NCBI GenBank assembly: GCA_964016885.1
Contig: OZ024747.1
Coordinates: 38,812,001 to 38,876,000, forward strand
DNA: 64,000 bases
From: Eledone cirrhosa
Lineage: Eukaryota
Reading direction: 5' to 3'
Part shown: one piece after another, positions 24,554 to 37,405 of the stretch
How the letters are laid out: each line of letters begins with the position of its first letter
Position numbering within the stretch: position 1 is the stretch's first letter
Position numbers and translations under genes: made by a program
Notes under the pieces: model-generated
The model's database searches: none
What the model was told of the DNA's origin: nothing
The model's input: only the letters and a program-made list of their open reading frames with translations

Positions 24554-27500
24554 CTATAGTCTGATGTAGAGTGAAGGCCCATTCACACGGGCCATTCTCG
24601 CCACTTTCACCCATCTTTCATAGAAACGGCTGGGGTGCAGCACCTCTCTCTCCATCCTGATCCTTCTTCCGAAATGATATCGGAAGAAACGGACCAGTTG
24701 TTGGCCAGAGAGAAAGGTGCCCGACCTCAGTCCTTTCAGACGCGTCCACCATACAACCTCTTTCGCCATGGCTATTACGCACAGAAACACCGCCTCTGCT
24801 TCATCTTTGAAGGGGGGAGGCGGCTTGATCATTACAATAGACTCGGTGGTCAACCGGATCGGTCCCACCCTTGACAGCAGTTGTTCGACATAGCCCCACA
24901 GATCGGCTACGCCCGAGCAGTGTACTAATGCGTGTGCAACGGTTTCCTCGTCGCACACGCATCTGGGACAGATCTTTTTGGCGGGGTCCCTACCCGGGCG
25001 CCCGTGTCTGTAGAGCCTTTCTCGAACGGGTAAAGCCCCTCGGTAGCACTGCCAGGCCAGGGACTTCTGGAAGTTGTCCATAGGTCCCGGGCTGAATGTC
25101 CTACCGAACAGGCTGGCCAGTTCGTCCTCCTCCATGTCTAGGGCTTCTCCGAGGGCGTCGTCGCACCTGCTGCGCACCAGCCCTCTATAGAATGTTGCGG
25201 TGGAGTCTCCACTGATAACCGGATCCGCCTGCCAGAGGGCGGTGAGCGCCTGGGCACACTCAGTGTGCCAGGCACCCAGTTTTCTCGGTCTTTGCTTGAC
25301 CCAGGATTGCAGCTCGGTGAGTGTGACGAGTCTGGGAAAGGTTCGTCTCACAAACGAGGCCCACACCGGTTGTCCGGTGAGGAATACGTAGAGGTGCCGT
25401 AGCCTTAATGCGTGTTTACGCATCATTAGCCACGGCATCCCCAGCCCTCCTTTCGAAGGGTGTTGACAGCAGATGGATCTCCTCACCATAGGAGCCCGCC
25501 TCTTCCAAAGGAATTGGAAGAGCGCGCGCTCCATCTTGGTGAGCGTTTCCCTTGGGCAGGGCACTACGGTCAGGCGGTAGTAGATCACGGACGCTATGTA
25601 GGTGTTCGCCACCTCCGCCCGACCTTTCAGGGATAGTTTGCAACTGGCCCACTTCTGGGTCAGTGCAAACACCCTGTTCGTAACCTCCGCCCAGTTTTTC
25701 TCCACCTGGAGGTCCGGTCCGAACCAGACCCCGAGCAACTTCACCGGGCCCTCCGTCCAGCGTCCGACGACGCCATCGGAGGGCATCGGTCTGCCCCTCC
25801 ACGTGCCGAGTTGCAAACCGATCGACTTGTCCCGGTTCAGCTTAGCCCCTGTGAACTTTTCGTACTCCTCCAGTAAGGTGCCGACCGCCTCGATTTCGGA
25901 GGCCGTCGACACCATTACTGTCACGTCATCGGCGTAGGCCGACACCGCTTTCCGCAATCCCGGTTCCAAAGGGATGCCCTGCAACAACTCCAACTTCCGC
26001 AGTAGTGGCTCGAGAGTCAACACATACAGAAGGGAGGAGAGAGGGCACCCTTGTCGGATGGACCGCGCGATTTTGAACGGCTCCGAGAGGTAGCCGTTCA
26101 CCTTGACCCTAGAGCAGATGCGGCTGCTGTGCATAGCAGTGATTCAGCCCCTGAAAACGGGTCCGAAGCCTGCCGCCGCTAGCACCGCATCCAGGTAACA
26201 ATGGTCGACCCTATCGAACGCCTTAGATTGATCCAAGTTGATCAGAGCCCCACCAAAGCCGGGTTCGTTCCCAACCCTCTCTATGATGTATCGCATGAGG
26301 TGGAGGTTGTCATGGATGGACCTGGACGGGATAGCGCATGTCTGCGCATCTCCCACCAGGTTGCCCACGACAAGCGCCAACCTCTTTGCTAGCACCTTGG
26401 CCAAAATCTGTAACTCTGTATTTAGCAGTGTTATGGGCCTGAAGTTACTTATTTCGTCCCCCTTGTTCTCGTCCTTCCTCACTAGCGTGACTACGCCCTT
26501 GGTCACAATACAGGGAATTCTCCCGTTCTGTTGCCAATTGCAGTAGACCGCCTCGAGGAGATCGGGGAACAAGTCCGGCATAGCTAGATATAATTCGTAA
26601 GGAAGACCATCGAGACCCGGGGATTTGCGTTTGCCGCATTGGCTCAGCACATCCTCTATCTCAGCGGCCGAAATCGGCTCCTTGCAGGACTTCGCCTCCC
26701 TGTCCGAGAGGCGCGGCAGGCCGTCGAGGTATGGACCGAAGTCCACGTTCCCAACCGGCTCACCGCCCCTCCCGAACAGTCGGGCAAAGTGCCTTTGAAA
26801 GGCCTCACACATCTGCTTAGGCTCAAGAATCGCCCGTCCATCCAGGTCTCGCAAAGACCGGATGGTGGATTTAGTTCCACTGTTGGCCTCTGTCACGCGG
26901 GCCCAGCTAACAGCTTTGGTCCCCTCGTTCCCTAGAGCACGTATTTTACTTCGGACAACGCAGCCTTCGTGCTTCGCGTCGAAAAACTGGCTCAAAGCCG
27001 TTCTCGACGCTAGCACTCTGGCCACGTCGCCGCTTCTAATTGCCTCTTCTACTCTATCTATTAGCTCCCTTTCCTTCCTATTCCTATCCGCAGCTAGAAC
27101 CTTACTAAATTCTATCGAGACTACTCTAATCTCTCTCTTTAGAGATACCCACCACCTGCTGTTGACGATCGCTCCAGTCAACCGTTCCTTAACTAACGTA
27201 CTAATCCGATTCCTGTAGGCTCTACTTGCCGGCAAGGACAAGTTGAGCTTCCAGTAACCGGGGCCCTGTCTATGAGTTCTGTCAAGGTTGACCATGCAGG
27301 TCACTAATTTGTGGTCTGAATAGCCAACAATGCGCATTTTTGGACAACTTAAAAAGTCCTTATCCTTAATTCTAACTAAGAACCTATCTAGGTACGACCT
27401 AGATGATCCGCTACGATTTGCCCAAGTCCAGGTTGGCGCAGTCGGAAAATCTAGTCGATATCTATCGGCCAGGTCAAATCGACCGATTATCCCTTTGAGG

Positions 27501-27991
27501 CTATTACACCCCTCTCTATCGGGGCAGGCCCCTACGTAGTCCCAGCGTGCATCTAGGATACCATTCCAGTCCCCCACTAATAGCAAGGAGCGGGACGACC
27601 CTAGAAAAGTCTCCAGACGATGGAAGAAGTCCGGCCGCATTGACCCGAAAGGGCCGTAGGCGGCTACCAACCTAAACGCTCCGCCTTTACCGCTGCCAAG
27701 GTCCAGAACCACTAGTCGACCCTCCGGGTCCAAATGTACCATCTGTGTTGCGAGACCCAGATGTTTTTGCAGCAGAACGACAACTCCACCCCCACCTCCG
27801 GGCTGACAGAGAGATGCGTGCATCTCAAAGTCATCAAAGGTGGGGGCCAGCTGTCGCACGTTGCTGATCCGGGCCTCGCAAATAACCATCACATCTATAC
27901 GTTGTGACCTGAGGTCATTTAGAAGCATTGCTTGCGTCCAAGTTGAGCCCAGGCCACGCGCATTTAAACAGCCTACTCTTAGCATAGCCAT
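24554..27991 (-). pseudogene. Tx1-like ORF2 (AP endonuclease + RT + C-terminal CCHC) with one in-frame stop at 26144-26146
   Basis: Motifs GCLNARG, LVGDWN, SYLDRFLV, YSDH; SPGLDG, FRPITLLN, DQSKAFDRVDH, RQGCPLS, AYADD; CPRC..ETVAHALVHC. The two track ORFs are in the same frame, separated by TGA where the homolog at 63.2 kb has W. Confidence 0.93.
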
Positions 27992-28015
27992 GTTGGTGGT
28001 GAAGAGAAAAGGCAC

Positions 28016-29794
28016 TTACCTCTCTGCGTCCCGGGTATCGGGCTGCACAATTTCCATTAGGGTGGGGGATGGGTTGTTGGGTGGGGTGGTGGTTTGTGGA
28101 AGTGTGGGGGCATCAGTGTGTTGTGTGGTTGGGGAGCTTGGAGTTGTGAGGGTGTTTGGGGAGGGGGTGGGATAGTTTTTTAGGAGGACGCGGTTAATGG
28201 GCCCAACGCAGGGGGGACCCACGTCCTCTTTAAAATTGTTTTTTAAAGTTTTATAGGTGTCCTGTGGGGCCTTAATCATTTTGAGGTGGGGGAAATCCCC
28301 TGCCTGGGTGAAGTTAGGCCCTTGTGTTTTTATTAGATTGTTGTTGTACACAATGTTTAACAGTTTTTTGTTTCTTGTATTTATGTATGTGTATGCATGT
28401 TTTTGTTTTTGTGTGGTGTTTTTTGTTTGCTGTTGTGAGCTCTTTTGTGTTGGTGTCAGTGTTATGTTTTGGGGAGGGGTTTTTTTCATTTGTGTGTCTG
28501 AGGTGTGTTTTCTTTTTTTTCTTTTGATTGTGTGGAAGTGCTCCTCCTCGTCTGACGACGAACTAGAGTCATTTTCCGCGTTGGAGGGGAGGGGTATATT
28601 TTCGGGTTGTGTTTGCGGTACGGGTGTTTTGGAAATTGTTTTTGTTTTTTGAGTGGAGGGGATGGGTTGGACATTGTTTTGTTTTGGTTTGAGCTGTGGT
28701 GGTTGTTTTTGTAGTGGTAGTTGTGGTGGTTGTGCAGTTGTTGGTGGTGTAGGCAGGATTGGGGTTTTCTTATTAAGTTGGGGACAGACAGCCCTCAGGT
28801 GACCTCTGGTTTCGCAGAGGTAACACGAGGGCCGTCTACCCTCAACGGTAATGTTGATGAAGGTTAGATCATCCAGTATGACGCGTTCAGGGATCTGGGC
28901 GATCCTTTCGGGCCTCATTTGAACTACAAGTTCGAGGCTCGTTCCACTGAACGCGTCACCCGATGCCTTTCCCATGGACACCAGCATGTCATCCTCCAGG
29001 TCCAGAAAACCTGTCAAAACCCACCATATGTCCATAATCGGCAGGATGGTGTGGATTTTTATTTTTTGTGTTCTTCTACCCATGTACGTAGGGTAGAAGG
29101 TGTATGCGGTGGATGTGATTGGTTTGATGGACAGTTTCACTGCTGTGTCCCTGTCCTTCATGAGAATGGATAGACTCCCGTAGAGTCTATCCTTCTGAAT
29201 GAAGGTGATGTCCTTCATGACGTCTTTTAAAACCAGCTCTATCTCGCTCTGTGATGGTTGAGCTGGTTTTTTACTTTTGTTCGAGATTGTCCTAAACATG
29301 ACCGTGTTTAGGAGTCTCTGGCTTTTTAGTTCCGGGGGGGAATGGATTGTGAATGAACCATTTTCCCCGTACACTATATATTTTTTCGCATCGGCCAGTA
29401 GCTCCTTCGCTTTTGTTATATCTACTGGCAGATAGTCGAGGGTTTTCCTTGTCGTCTCGGCGAAGGAGAAATTTTGTTTGTTTGTGTTGTTGTTGTCGTT
29501 GGTGGTGTTGTTGTTATCATTGTTGTTGTTGTCACCGTTATTGGTCTTGTTGTTGTTATTGTTATTGTTATTGGTGTTGTTTTCGTCCGTCGCATTGTTG
29601 TTGTTGTTGCTGTTGCTGCTGGTTCTTTGGGTTGTTGCCATGGCAACGTCAAGTTGTCGGTTAACAGGTGGAGAGAATTCTTCCTCTGGCTGACCTATCT
29701 TCTTGACCTCTGCTACTGTGACAGTGGCAGGGGGAAGCTGTAAGTTCATCTTCCCCTTTCCTCCTTCGAATTTTGGTGAAGAAGCTTCGGCCAT
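28016..29794 (-). CDS. Tx1-like ORF1 (gag-like nucleic-acid-binding protein, 592 aa)
   Basis: ATG-initiated open frame directly upstream of ORF2, with a CX2CX4HX4C knuckle (CYLCETRGHLRAVC) and N-rich and P/Q/T-rich low-complexity regions. Confidence 0.88.
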   Translation of the reverse strand: MAEASSPKFEGGKGKMNLQLPPATVTVAEVKKIGQPEEEFSPPVNRQLDVAMATTQRTSSNSNNNNNATDENNTNNNNNNNNKTNNGDNNNNDNNNTTNDNNNTNKQNFSFAETTRKTLDYLPVDITKAKELLADAKKYIVYGENGSFTIHSPPELKSQRLLNTVMFRTISNKSKKPAQPSQSEIELVLKDVMKDITFIQKDRLYGSLSILMKDRDTAVKLSIKPITSTAYTFYPTYMGRRTQKIKIHTILPIMDIWWVLTGFLDLEDDMLVSMGKASGDAFSGTSLELVVQMRPERIAQIPERVILDDLTFINITVEGRRPSCYLCETRGHLRAVCPQLNKKTPILPTPPTTAQPPQLPLQKQPPQLKPKQNNVQPIPSTQKTKTISKTPVPQTQPENIPLPSNAENDSSSSSDEEEHFHTIKRKKRKHTSDTQMKKTPPQNITLTPTQKSSQQQTKNTTQKQKHAYTYINTRNKKLLNIVYNNNLIKTQGPNFTQAGDFPHLKMIKAPQDTYKTLKNNFKEDVGPPCVGPINRVLLKNYPTPSPNTLTTPSSPTTQHTDAPTLPQTTTPPNNPSPTLMEIVQPDTRDAER

Positions 29795-30002
29795 TTAAAA
29801 AAATATTGACTTTTCAACAAGAAAAAACATTTTTTTAACTATTTCGCCTAAAGGCGTAGAATATTTTGAGAGACTGACCAGATCAAAGTTTGACCTGGCA
29901 GTCCCTCTACAAAATGGTACAAAAATTAAAGTTATCAGACAAGAATTTCTATAGAAATTTAAACAGAACTTACTCAGCAAGTTATACGCGTGTGTCCATC
30001 CC

Positions 30003-30075
<73 letters not shown>

Positions 30076-30293
30076 TACACATATACACATATACAAACAA
30101 ATATATACACATACAAGTAAATAGGTACTCAATAAATATACGCATATACGCAGGCACATAAAGACACCTCTACAGGCAGAAAATGTAGATACGAAAGAGT
30201 TACTCACATAACCATAGTGGCCGTGTTTCAGGTTGAGGAGGGGTGGGGGTAGGGTGGGGAGGAGGTATAGGGGCCAATAGGGGGAGGTCGTTT

Positions 30294-32252
30294 TTAGCCA
30301 TCGGGCTTTAACACTGGCTTAAAGTGTTTGAATGTTGCAAAGTTCTTGTGCATGCAGTTCGGGCAGTGTTCAGAGGGTTTGTTCAGTAGCGGGCCCTTGG
30401 CGAATAAAATTTCGTAGCTCTCTGAAATACAAAGGTCGCAGCCCTTGTGTCCTCCGTTGTAAGAGCGCGCTTTCTGGAGTATTTTCCAATTAAGCGTGAA
30501 GGGGGTGGAGTTCCTTTTGAGGTCCCAAACGTAGGAGACGAGTGTTGTTTGATTTGATTTATCCGGTCTTCTGAAGGAGTGGGTATGGGCATACCAACGG
30601 GTCTTAAAGTTGTTGGAGGTCATGCCGATGTAAGTTTTTTTGCAATCCTCGGTGTCTGAGATGACATCGCATTTGTATACGATGTCATTTGTGAGGCATT
30701 TGTTTTCTAGTGGGCATGCTTCCTTATTAAGGCAATTACATAGAGCCCCAGTCCGGGGATTGGTTTCGGAGGTGGTTGGCTTATTTAGTTTAGAGTTGTG
30801 GTTGGCTATATTCCTAGCTAGGTTAGGTGTGGTGGAGTAAGACAGTCTTATAGTGTTCTTATTAAAGATGGTGAAGTACCTATGTTGTATGGGGAAGTGT
30901 AGTTTCAGTAAAGTGAAGAAAATCCTAGCTATCGGAGTAGATACCTCTCTATTGAAGGGAGGGTTGTACCAGCTAATCTGCCTATGTCTATTCCTCCTCT
31001 GCAATTTTGCGGTGGTTTCTAGGTAAGTTATCTTATCTTTAAATCCGCTACGGGCTAGGGCGTCATTGTAGTAGGAGGCAGATGCATTAAAAATATCTTT
31101 GTTGGCGGAGAGGCCAGATATTCTAATAGAGACGCTTTTTACTAGGTTATCAGTGATGTTTTGGGGGTGGTTAGAATTAACATTAATATATTTAAGGGAC
31201 TCGTTAGGTTTGTGGTACGGGTAATAGAGGGAAGTATCTAGGTCGAGAGTGACATCTAAGAAGTTGGCCCTAGTCAAATTAGAATCTATAGTTATACTAA
31301 ATCCTAGATTAGAGAAGAAAGAGCTTAAGTTTTTCCGAAACCCATCGGTGGTTCTGGGGCTAACCTTATGCAGGGCGAAGAGGCCGTCGTCTCGGTATAA
31401 ACCTCCAGTTAGGCCGGTAAAGAGGTTCTTCAGGTTATGTAGGATGTACAGGCCCACAAGATCGCTAATTTCAGCCGAGTCGCTCGCCCCCATGCTAACG
31501 TCAAATGGGGTCTGAGATTTCTTGTTGATCCAGTAAGATCCATCGTGGTATAGAAAGGTCTTACGAGCGTGGAGGATAATAACTTGCTCAGCATCGGTAA
31601 TGGTGGTAAAATTCCTGGCAAAGTTAATTGCGTCCTTCAGGAGGGGCTCCGAGATAGAGGCATAGTAGTTTTCTATGTCGTGTTGCAGGAAGCGAGTGTG
31701 GTGTTTATCGGGTAATTCTTGGAACCATGATATTGCCTCAGATGTTCTACTCCAGAGTGGAAGTGGTGAGGCTGCCCGCAATGATGGTAGAACTCTATCC
31801 AGGATCTTCTTACTGATAGAGCCGATGTCAGAACGAGTGGGGTTGATAAGTCTGACTGATGGTTTGTTGAGGAAATTTCCCTTATGGTCCTTCAGGGTAA
31901 AGTGCGGGGTCTTTACCCTTAAAGGTTCGGTTCGGCCATGTAATTTAAGGGACTTGGCGATTTCTTTTCCGGCCGCGTTTGTCTCAGTCAGCGCCCTCTC
32001 TATTACCTTTTTGTAGGTGGTCGTGATGGTATTTTTTGCCAGCTTGTTGTAGGTCTGTGGGTCTACCTCATAAACGTTTTTGGTTTTATCGGAGGAGACA
32101 TAAAGATTAGGGGATTTTTTTATTTTCCGTAATTCGGCATTTAAGTGGGCCTGGAATGGTGTGGTGGCTCTACGGAATTTAATATCCTTGATCATCTTGA
32201 ACAGGTCTTCTTCAAATGGTTGGAGTAGGCTGTTGGTGGGTGGTGTCTTATT
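30294..32252 (-). pseudogene. 5'-truncated but uninterrupted copy of the PLE RT + GIY-YIG ORF
   Basis: Open from TNKTPPTNS to the stop. RT motifs ([25 protein letters not shown]), [15 protein letters not shown] linker, IVYKC..TYIGMT GIY-YIG. The track's N-terminal YI/HT part is microsatellite. Confidence 0.93.
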
Positions 32253-32301
<49 letters not shown>

Positions 32302-32452
32302 GTGTGTGTATGTGTGTATATATATGTGTGTATATATATGTGTATTTGTATGTGTCTGTGTTTGTGTATGTGTGTATGTATGTATATATGTGTGTATATG
32401 TGTGTGTATGTGTGTGTATATATATATATATGTGTATATGTGTATATATGTA

Positions 32453-32493
<41 letters not shown>

Positions 32494-32520
32494 GTGTATA
32501 TATATATGTATGTGTATGTA

Positions 32521-32555
<35 letters not shown>

Positions 32556-32651
32556 GTGCGTGAGAGAGAGAGTGTGTATATATATTTTGTGTGTGGGTGT
32601 ATGTATGTGTGTATGCGCGTGTGTGTATATATATGTATATGTGTATGTGTA

Positions 32652-32694
<43 letters not shown>

Positions 32695-32705
32695 ATATAC
32701 ATGTA

Positions 32706-32748
<43 letters not shown>

Positions 32749-32906
32749 ATATATGTGTATATGTATGTGTGTGTGTGTATATGCGCGTTATATGTCTGTA
32801 TATATATTTGTATATTTATGTATAGGTCTGTGTATGTATGTGTATGTTTGTATATGTATGGATATATATATATGTGTATATATATATTTATATATATATA
32901 TGTGTG

Positions 32907-32951
<45 letters not shown>

Positions 32952-32970
32952 ATGTATATGTGTATATATA

Positions 32971-33001
<31 letters not shown>

Positions 33002-33038
33002 GTATATGTATATATGTGTGTATGTGTTTATATATATG

Positions 33039-33135
<97 letters not shown>

Positions 33136-33240
33136 ATGTGTGTATAAATACTTATACATATGTATACTCGTGTTTGTATGTATGCGTGTGAGTGTATTTA
33201 CTTGTGTATATATGTATGTGTGTGTGTGTATGTATGTGTA

Positions 33241-33280
<40 letters not shown>

Positions 33281-33281
<1 letters not shown>

Positions 33282-33443
33282 CGATTCCTGAACCAGGCGA
33301 TGCGTTATGTCCTTGAGCAAGACACTTTATTTCACGTTGCTCCTTCTACCTGGAGTTGCGACCGATAGATAGTATTAGCAATTGGAAAGACCAACGGAAA
33401 CATAGTTTCCTCGGTCCGATTTGACGAAAGTCGATCGACTAGA
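33281..33443 (+). mobile_element. 5'-truncated SINE-like insertion of a second family in (TA)n
   Basis: Starts with a B-box remnant TCGATTCC, followed by a CORE-like tgtccttgagcaagacacttt; absent from the other two UTR copies. Confidence 0.6.
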
Positions 33444-33504
33444 ATATATATATATATGTGTGTGTGTGTGTGTATCTGTGTATATGTATATATGTATGTA
33501 TATG

Positions 33505-33549
<45 letters not shown>

Positions 33550-34222
33550 GTGTATATGTATTGTATATGTATGTATGTATGTATGTGTGTATGTATGTGC
33601 GTGTACATGAATATATATTTATATATATTTATATATTTTTTATATATGTGTGTGTGTTTTTATGTGTGTATATGTGTTTGTGTGTGTGTTTATGGTTGCG
33701 CATAAGTGTGTGAGTGAGTATGTGTTTTCTTGTTTTTTTGTTTTTTTGTTTTTTTGTGAATGTGTCTGTTGATTATTGGCATATAGTTGATTAGTTTAAG
33801 AGAAGTTCGAAGATAATAGTAAGATATGCACTCAGTATTTTGAATCTGTCTGCAGAATTCTCTAGACCTTTGTCACTTAGTAGAACCTTAATGACTTTAG
33901 CTTTTAAAGAATCTCCCTTTTCTTTAATTCTATCGAACATGACTGACCCCCCACTGACTTTATAGACATATGTTAGCTTAAGAGAAACTTATTGACAAGG
34001 AATGGTATGCCATCCGGAACCTGTTTATAGAATTCTGTCTGCCTTTGTTGCTCTAAAAACATAAATAAATATAAATAAAAATAAAAATAAACTATAGCCT
34101 TGTAGAATTAGCTTTTAATGAATTCCCTTTTCTATCAACCAATGACCTGCACCCATCCCACTCCCCACCCTCTCCTACCACTTGTAGAGACCTATAAATA
34201 CCATATTTATTTTTTGATACCC

Positions 34223-34273
34223 AGATTCCTGATGATTTCTAATGAATGAAACAGTTCTAGTCCTGTAGAATCT
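34223..34273 (+). ncRNA. Hammerhead ribozyme of the PLE 5' pLTR
   Basis: AGAUUC-CUGAUGA-uUUCuaauGAAu-GAAA-CAGuucuagucCUG-UA-GAAUCU; GUA triplet, predicted cut after 34267, ~135 nt upstream of the ATG. Confidence 0.82.
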
Positions 34274-34403
34274 CTTCTATATTAAAACTGTTATACTCTG
34301 CCATGTATTGAGTACCTTACTTACTGTGGTTACCTCCGATTCAACCCGGAATAACGTACATTTTAGCACTCTCTGTGCCCCTTATAACCATCATCAAGAA
34401 ACC

Positions 34404-36545
34404 ATGCTGACCAAACTCGACCTTGATATTTCCTTGAAGAACATCCCTATCCCTCCAAGGAAACTATACTTAAAAACACTCATCAGACGTACCGACGAGT
34501 TCATCAAGCGAATTAGATGGAGGGCCTTCTTCCTCGACAACCCTGATGTAGCATCTACCAATGATGAGAAGTTCGGCTTCAAAACGAATAAGACACCACC
34601 CACCAACAGCCTACTCCAACCATTTGAAGAATACCTCTTCAAGATGATCAAGGATATTAAATTCCGTAGAGCCACCACACCATTCCAGGCCCACTTAAAT
34701 GCCGAATTACGGAAAATAAAAAAATCCCCTAATCTTTATGTCTCCTCCGATAAAACCAAAAACGTTTATGAGGTAGACCCACAGACCTACAACAAGCTGG
34801 CAAAAAATACCATCACGACCACCTACAAAAAGGTAATAGAGAGGGCGCTGACTGAGACAAACGCGGCCGGAAAAGAAATCGCCAAGTCCCTTAAATTACA
34901 TGACCGAACCGAACCTTTAAGGGTAAAGACCCCGCACTTTACCCTGAAGGACCATAAGGGAAATTTCCTCAACAAACCATCAGTCAGACTTATCAACCCC
35001 ACTCGTTCTGACATCGGCTCTATCAGTAAGAAGATCCTGGATAGAGTTCTACCATCATTGCGGGCAGCCTCACCACTTCCACTCTGGAGTAGAACATCTG
35101 AGGCAATATCATGGTTCCAAGAATTACCCGATAAACACCACACTCGCTTCCTGCAACACGACATAGAAAACTACTATGCCTCTATCTCGGAGCCCCTCCT
35201 GAAGGACGCAATTAACTTTGCCAGGAATTTTACCACCATTACCGATGCTGAGCAAGTTATTATCCTCCACGCTCGTAAGACCTTTCTATACCACGATGGA
35301 TCTTACTGGATCAACAAGAAATCTCAGACCCCATTTGACGTTAGCATGGGGGCGAGCGACTCGGCTGAAATTAGCGATCTTGTGGGCCTGTACATCCTAC
35401 ATAACCTGAAGAACCTCTTTACCGGCCTAACTGGAGGTTTATACCGAGACGACGGCCTCTTCGCCCTGCATAAGGTTAGCCCCAGAACCACCGATGGGTT
35501 TCGGAAAAACTTAAGCTCTTTCTTCTCTAATCTAGGATTTAGTATAACTATAGATTCTAATTTGACTAGGGCCAACTTCTTAGATGTCACTCTCGACCTA
35601 GATACTTCCCTCTATTACCCGTACCACAAACCTAACGAGTCCCTTAAATATATTAATGTTAATTCTAACCACCCCAAAACATCACTGATAACCTAGTAAA
35701 AAGCGTCTCTATTAGAATATCTGGCCTCTCCGCCAACAAAGATATTTTTAATGCATCTGCCTCCTACTACAATGACGCCCTAGCCCGTAGCGGATTTAAA
35801 GATAAGATAACTTACCTAGAAACCACCGCAAAATTGCAGAGGAGGAATAGACATAGGCAGATTAGCTGGTACAACCCTCCCTTCAATAGAGAGGTATCTA
35901 CTCCGATAGCTAGGATTTTCTTCACTTTACTGAAATTACACTTCCCCATACAACATAGGTACTTCACCATCTTTAATAAGAACACTATAAGACTGTCTTA
36001 CTCCACCACACCTAACCTAGCTAGGAATATAGCCAACCACAACTCTAAACTAAATAAGCCAACCACCTCCGAAACCAATCCCCGGACTGGGGCTCTATGT
36101 AATTGCCTTAATAAGGAAGCATGCCCACTAGAAAACAAATGCCTCACAAATGACATCGTATACAAATGCGATGTCATCTCAGACACCGAGGATTGCAAAA
36201 AAACTTACATCGGCATGACCTCCAACAACTTTAAGACCCGTTGGTATGCCCATACCCACTCCTTCAAAAGACCGGATAAATCAAATCAAAACAACACTCG
36301 CCTCCTACGTTTGGGACCTCAAAAGGAACTCCACCCCCTTCACGCTTAATTGGAAAATACTCCAGAAAGCGCGCTCTTACAACGGAGGACACAAGGGCTG
36401 CGACCTTTGTATTTCAGAGAGCTACGAAATTTTATTCGCCAAGGGCCCGCTACTGAACAAACTCTCTGAACACTGCCCGAACTGCATGCACAAGAACTTT
36501 GCAACATTCAAACACTTTAAGCCAGTGTTAAAGCCCGATGGCTAA
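34404..36545 (+). CDS. Penelope-like (Naiad-type) reverse transcriptase/GIY-YIG endonuclease, 713 aa if two compensating 1-nt indels are corrected
   Basis: ATG at 34404 ([18 protein letters not shown]). Relative to the inverted copy there is a -1 C in a C-run near 35672 and a +1 A in an A-run near 36290; 2142 nt in total. Confidence 0.88.
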
Positions 36546-36719
36546 AAACGACCTCCCCCTATTGGCCCCTATACCTCCTCCCCACCCTACCCCCACCCCT
36601 CCTCAACCTGAAACACGGCCACTATGGTTATGTGAGTACCTCTTTCGTATCTACATTTTCTGCCTGTAGAGGTGTCTTTATGTGCCTGCGTATATGCGTA
36701 TATTTATTGAGTACCTATT

Positions 36720-36763
36720 TACTTGTATGTGTATATATTTGTTTGTATATGTGTATATGTGTA

Positions 36764-36824
<61 letters not shown>

Positions 36825-36908
36825 ATATATATATGTTTGTGTGTATATGTGTTTTATGTGTGTATATTTTTTTATGTATATGTATGTATATGTTTGTGTA
36901 TATGTATG

Positions 36909-36977
<69 letters not shown>

Positions 36978-37113
36978 GTATATATATGTATATATGTATA
37001 TATGTGTATATATGTGTTTGTATGTATGTAAGTATGTATGTATGTATGTTTATGTATATGTATGTGTATGTGTGTATGTATGTGCGTGTATATGTGTATA
37101 TATATGTGTATAT

Positions 37114-37163
<50 letters not shown>

Positions 37164-37198
37164 GTGTGTATGTATGTGTATATGTATGTATGTGTGTA

Positions 37199-37263
<65 letters not shown>

Positions 37264-37360
37264 GTATGTACGTGTGTGCGCGTGTGTGTGTGTATATTTG
37301 TATGTATATATGTATATATGTGTGTATGTGTGTGTGTGTATATGTATGTATATATACGTG

Positions 37361-37405
<45 letters not shown>

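Larger units (their letters stand above)
24293..30004 (-). mobile_element. Apparently full-length L1/Tx1-clade LINE inserted in a (TA)n tract of the PLE 3' UTR
   Basis: 5' UTR, ORF1, ORF2 and a 3' UTR ending AATAAAAGAAA-(TA)n. The flanks rejoin to the uninterrupted UTR seen at 36720-36850. Confidence 0.92.

Noticed and set aside
26144-26146. In-frame TGA in Tx1 ORF2 as possible selenocysteine or programmed readthrough
   Set aside because: It aligns with Trp (TGG) in the homolog at ~63230, so a simple nonsense transition or sequencing error is more likely.
24635-29743. Multiple plus-strand ORFs overlapping the Tx1 element
   Set aside because: Antisense shadows of a GC-rich coding region with no independent motifs.
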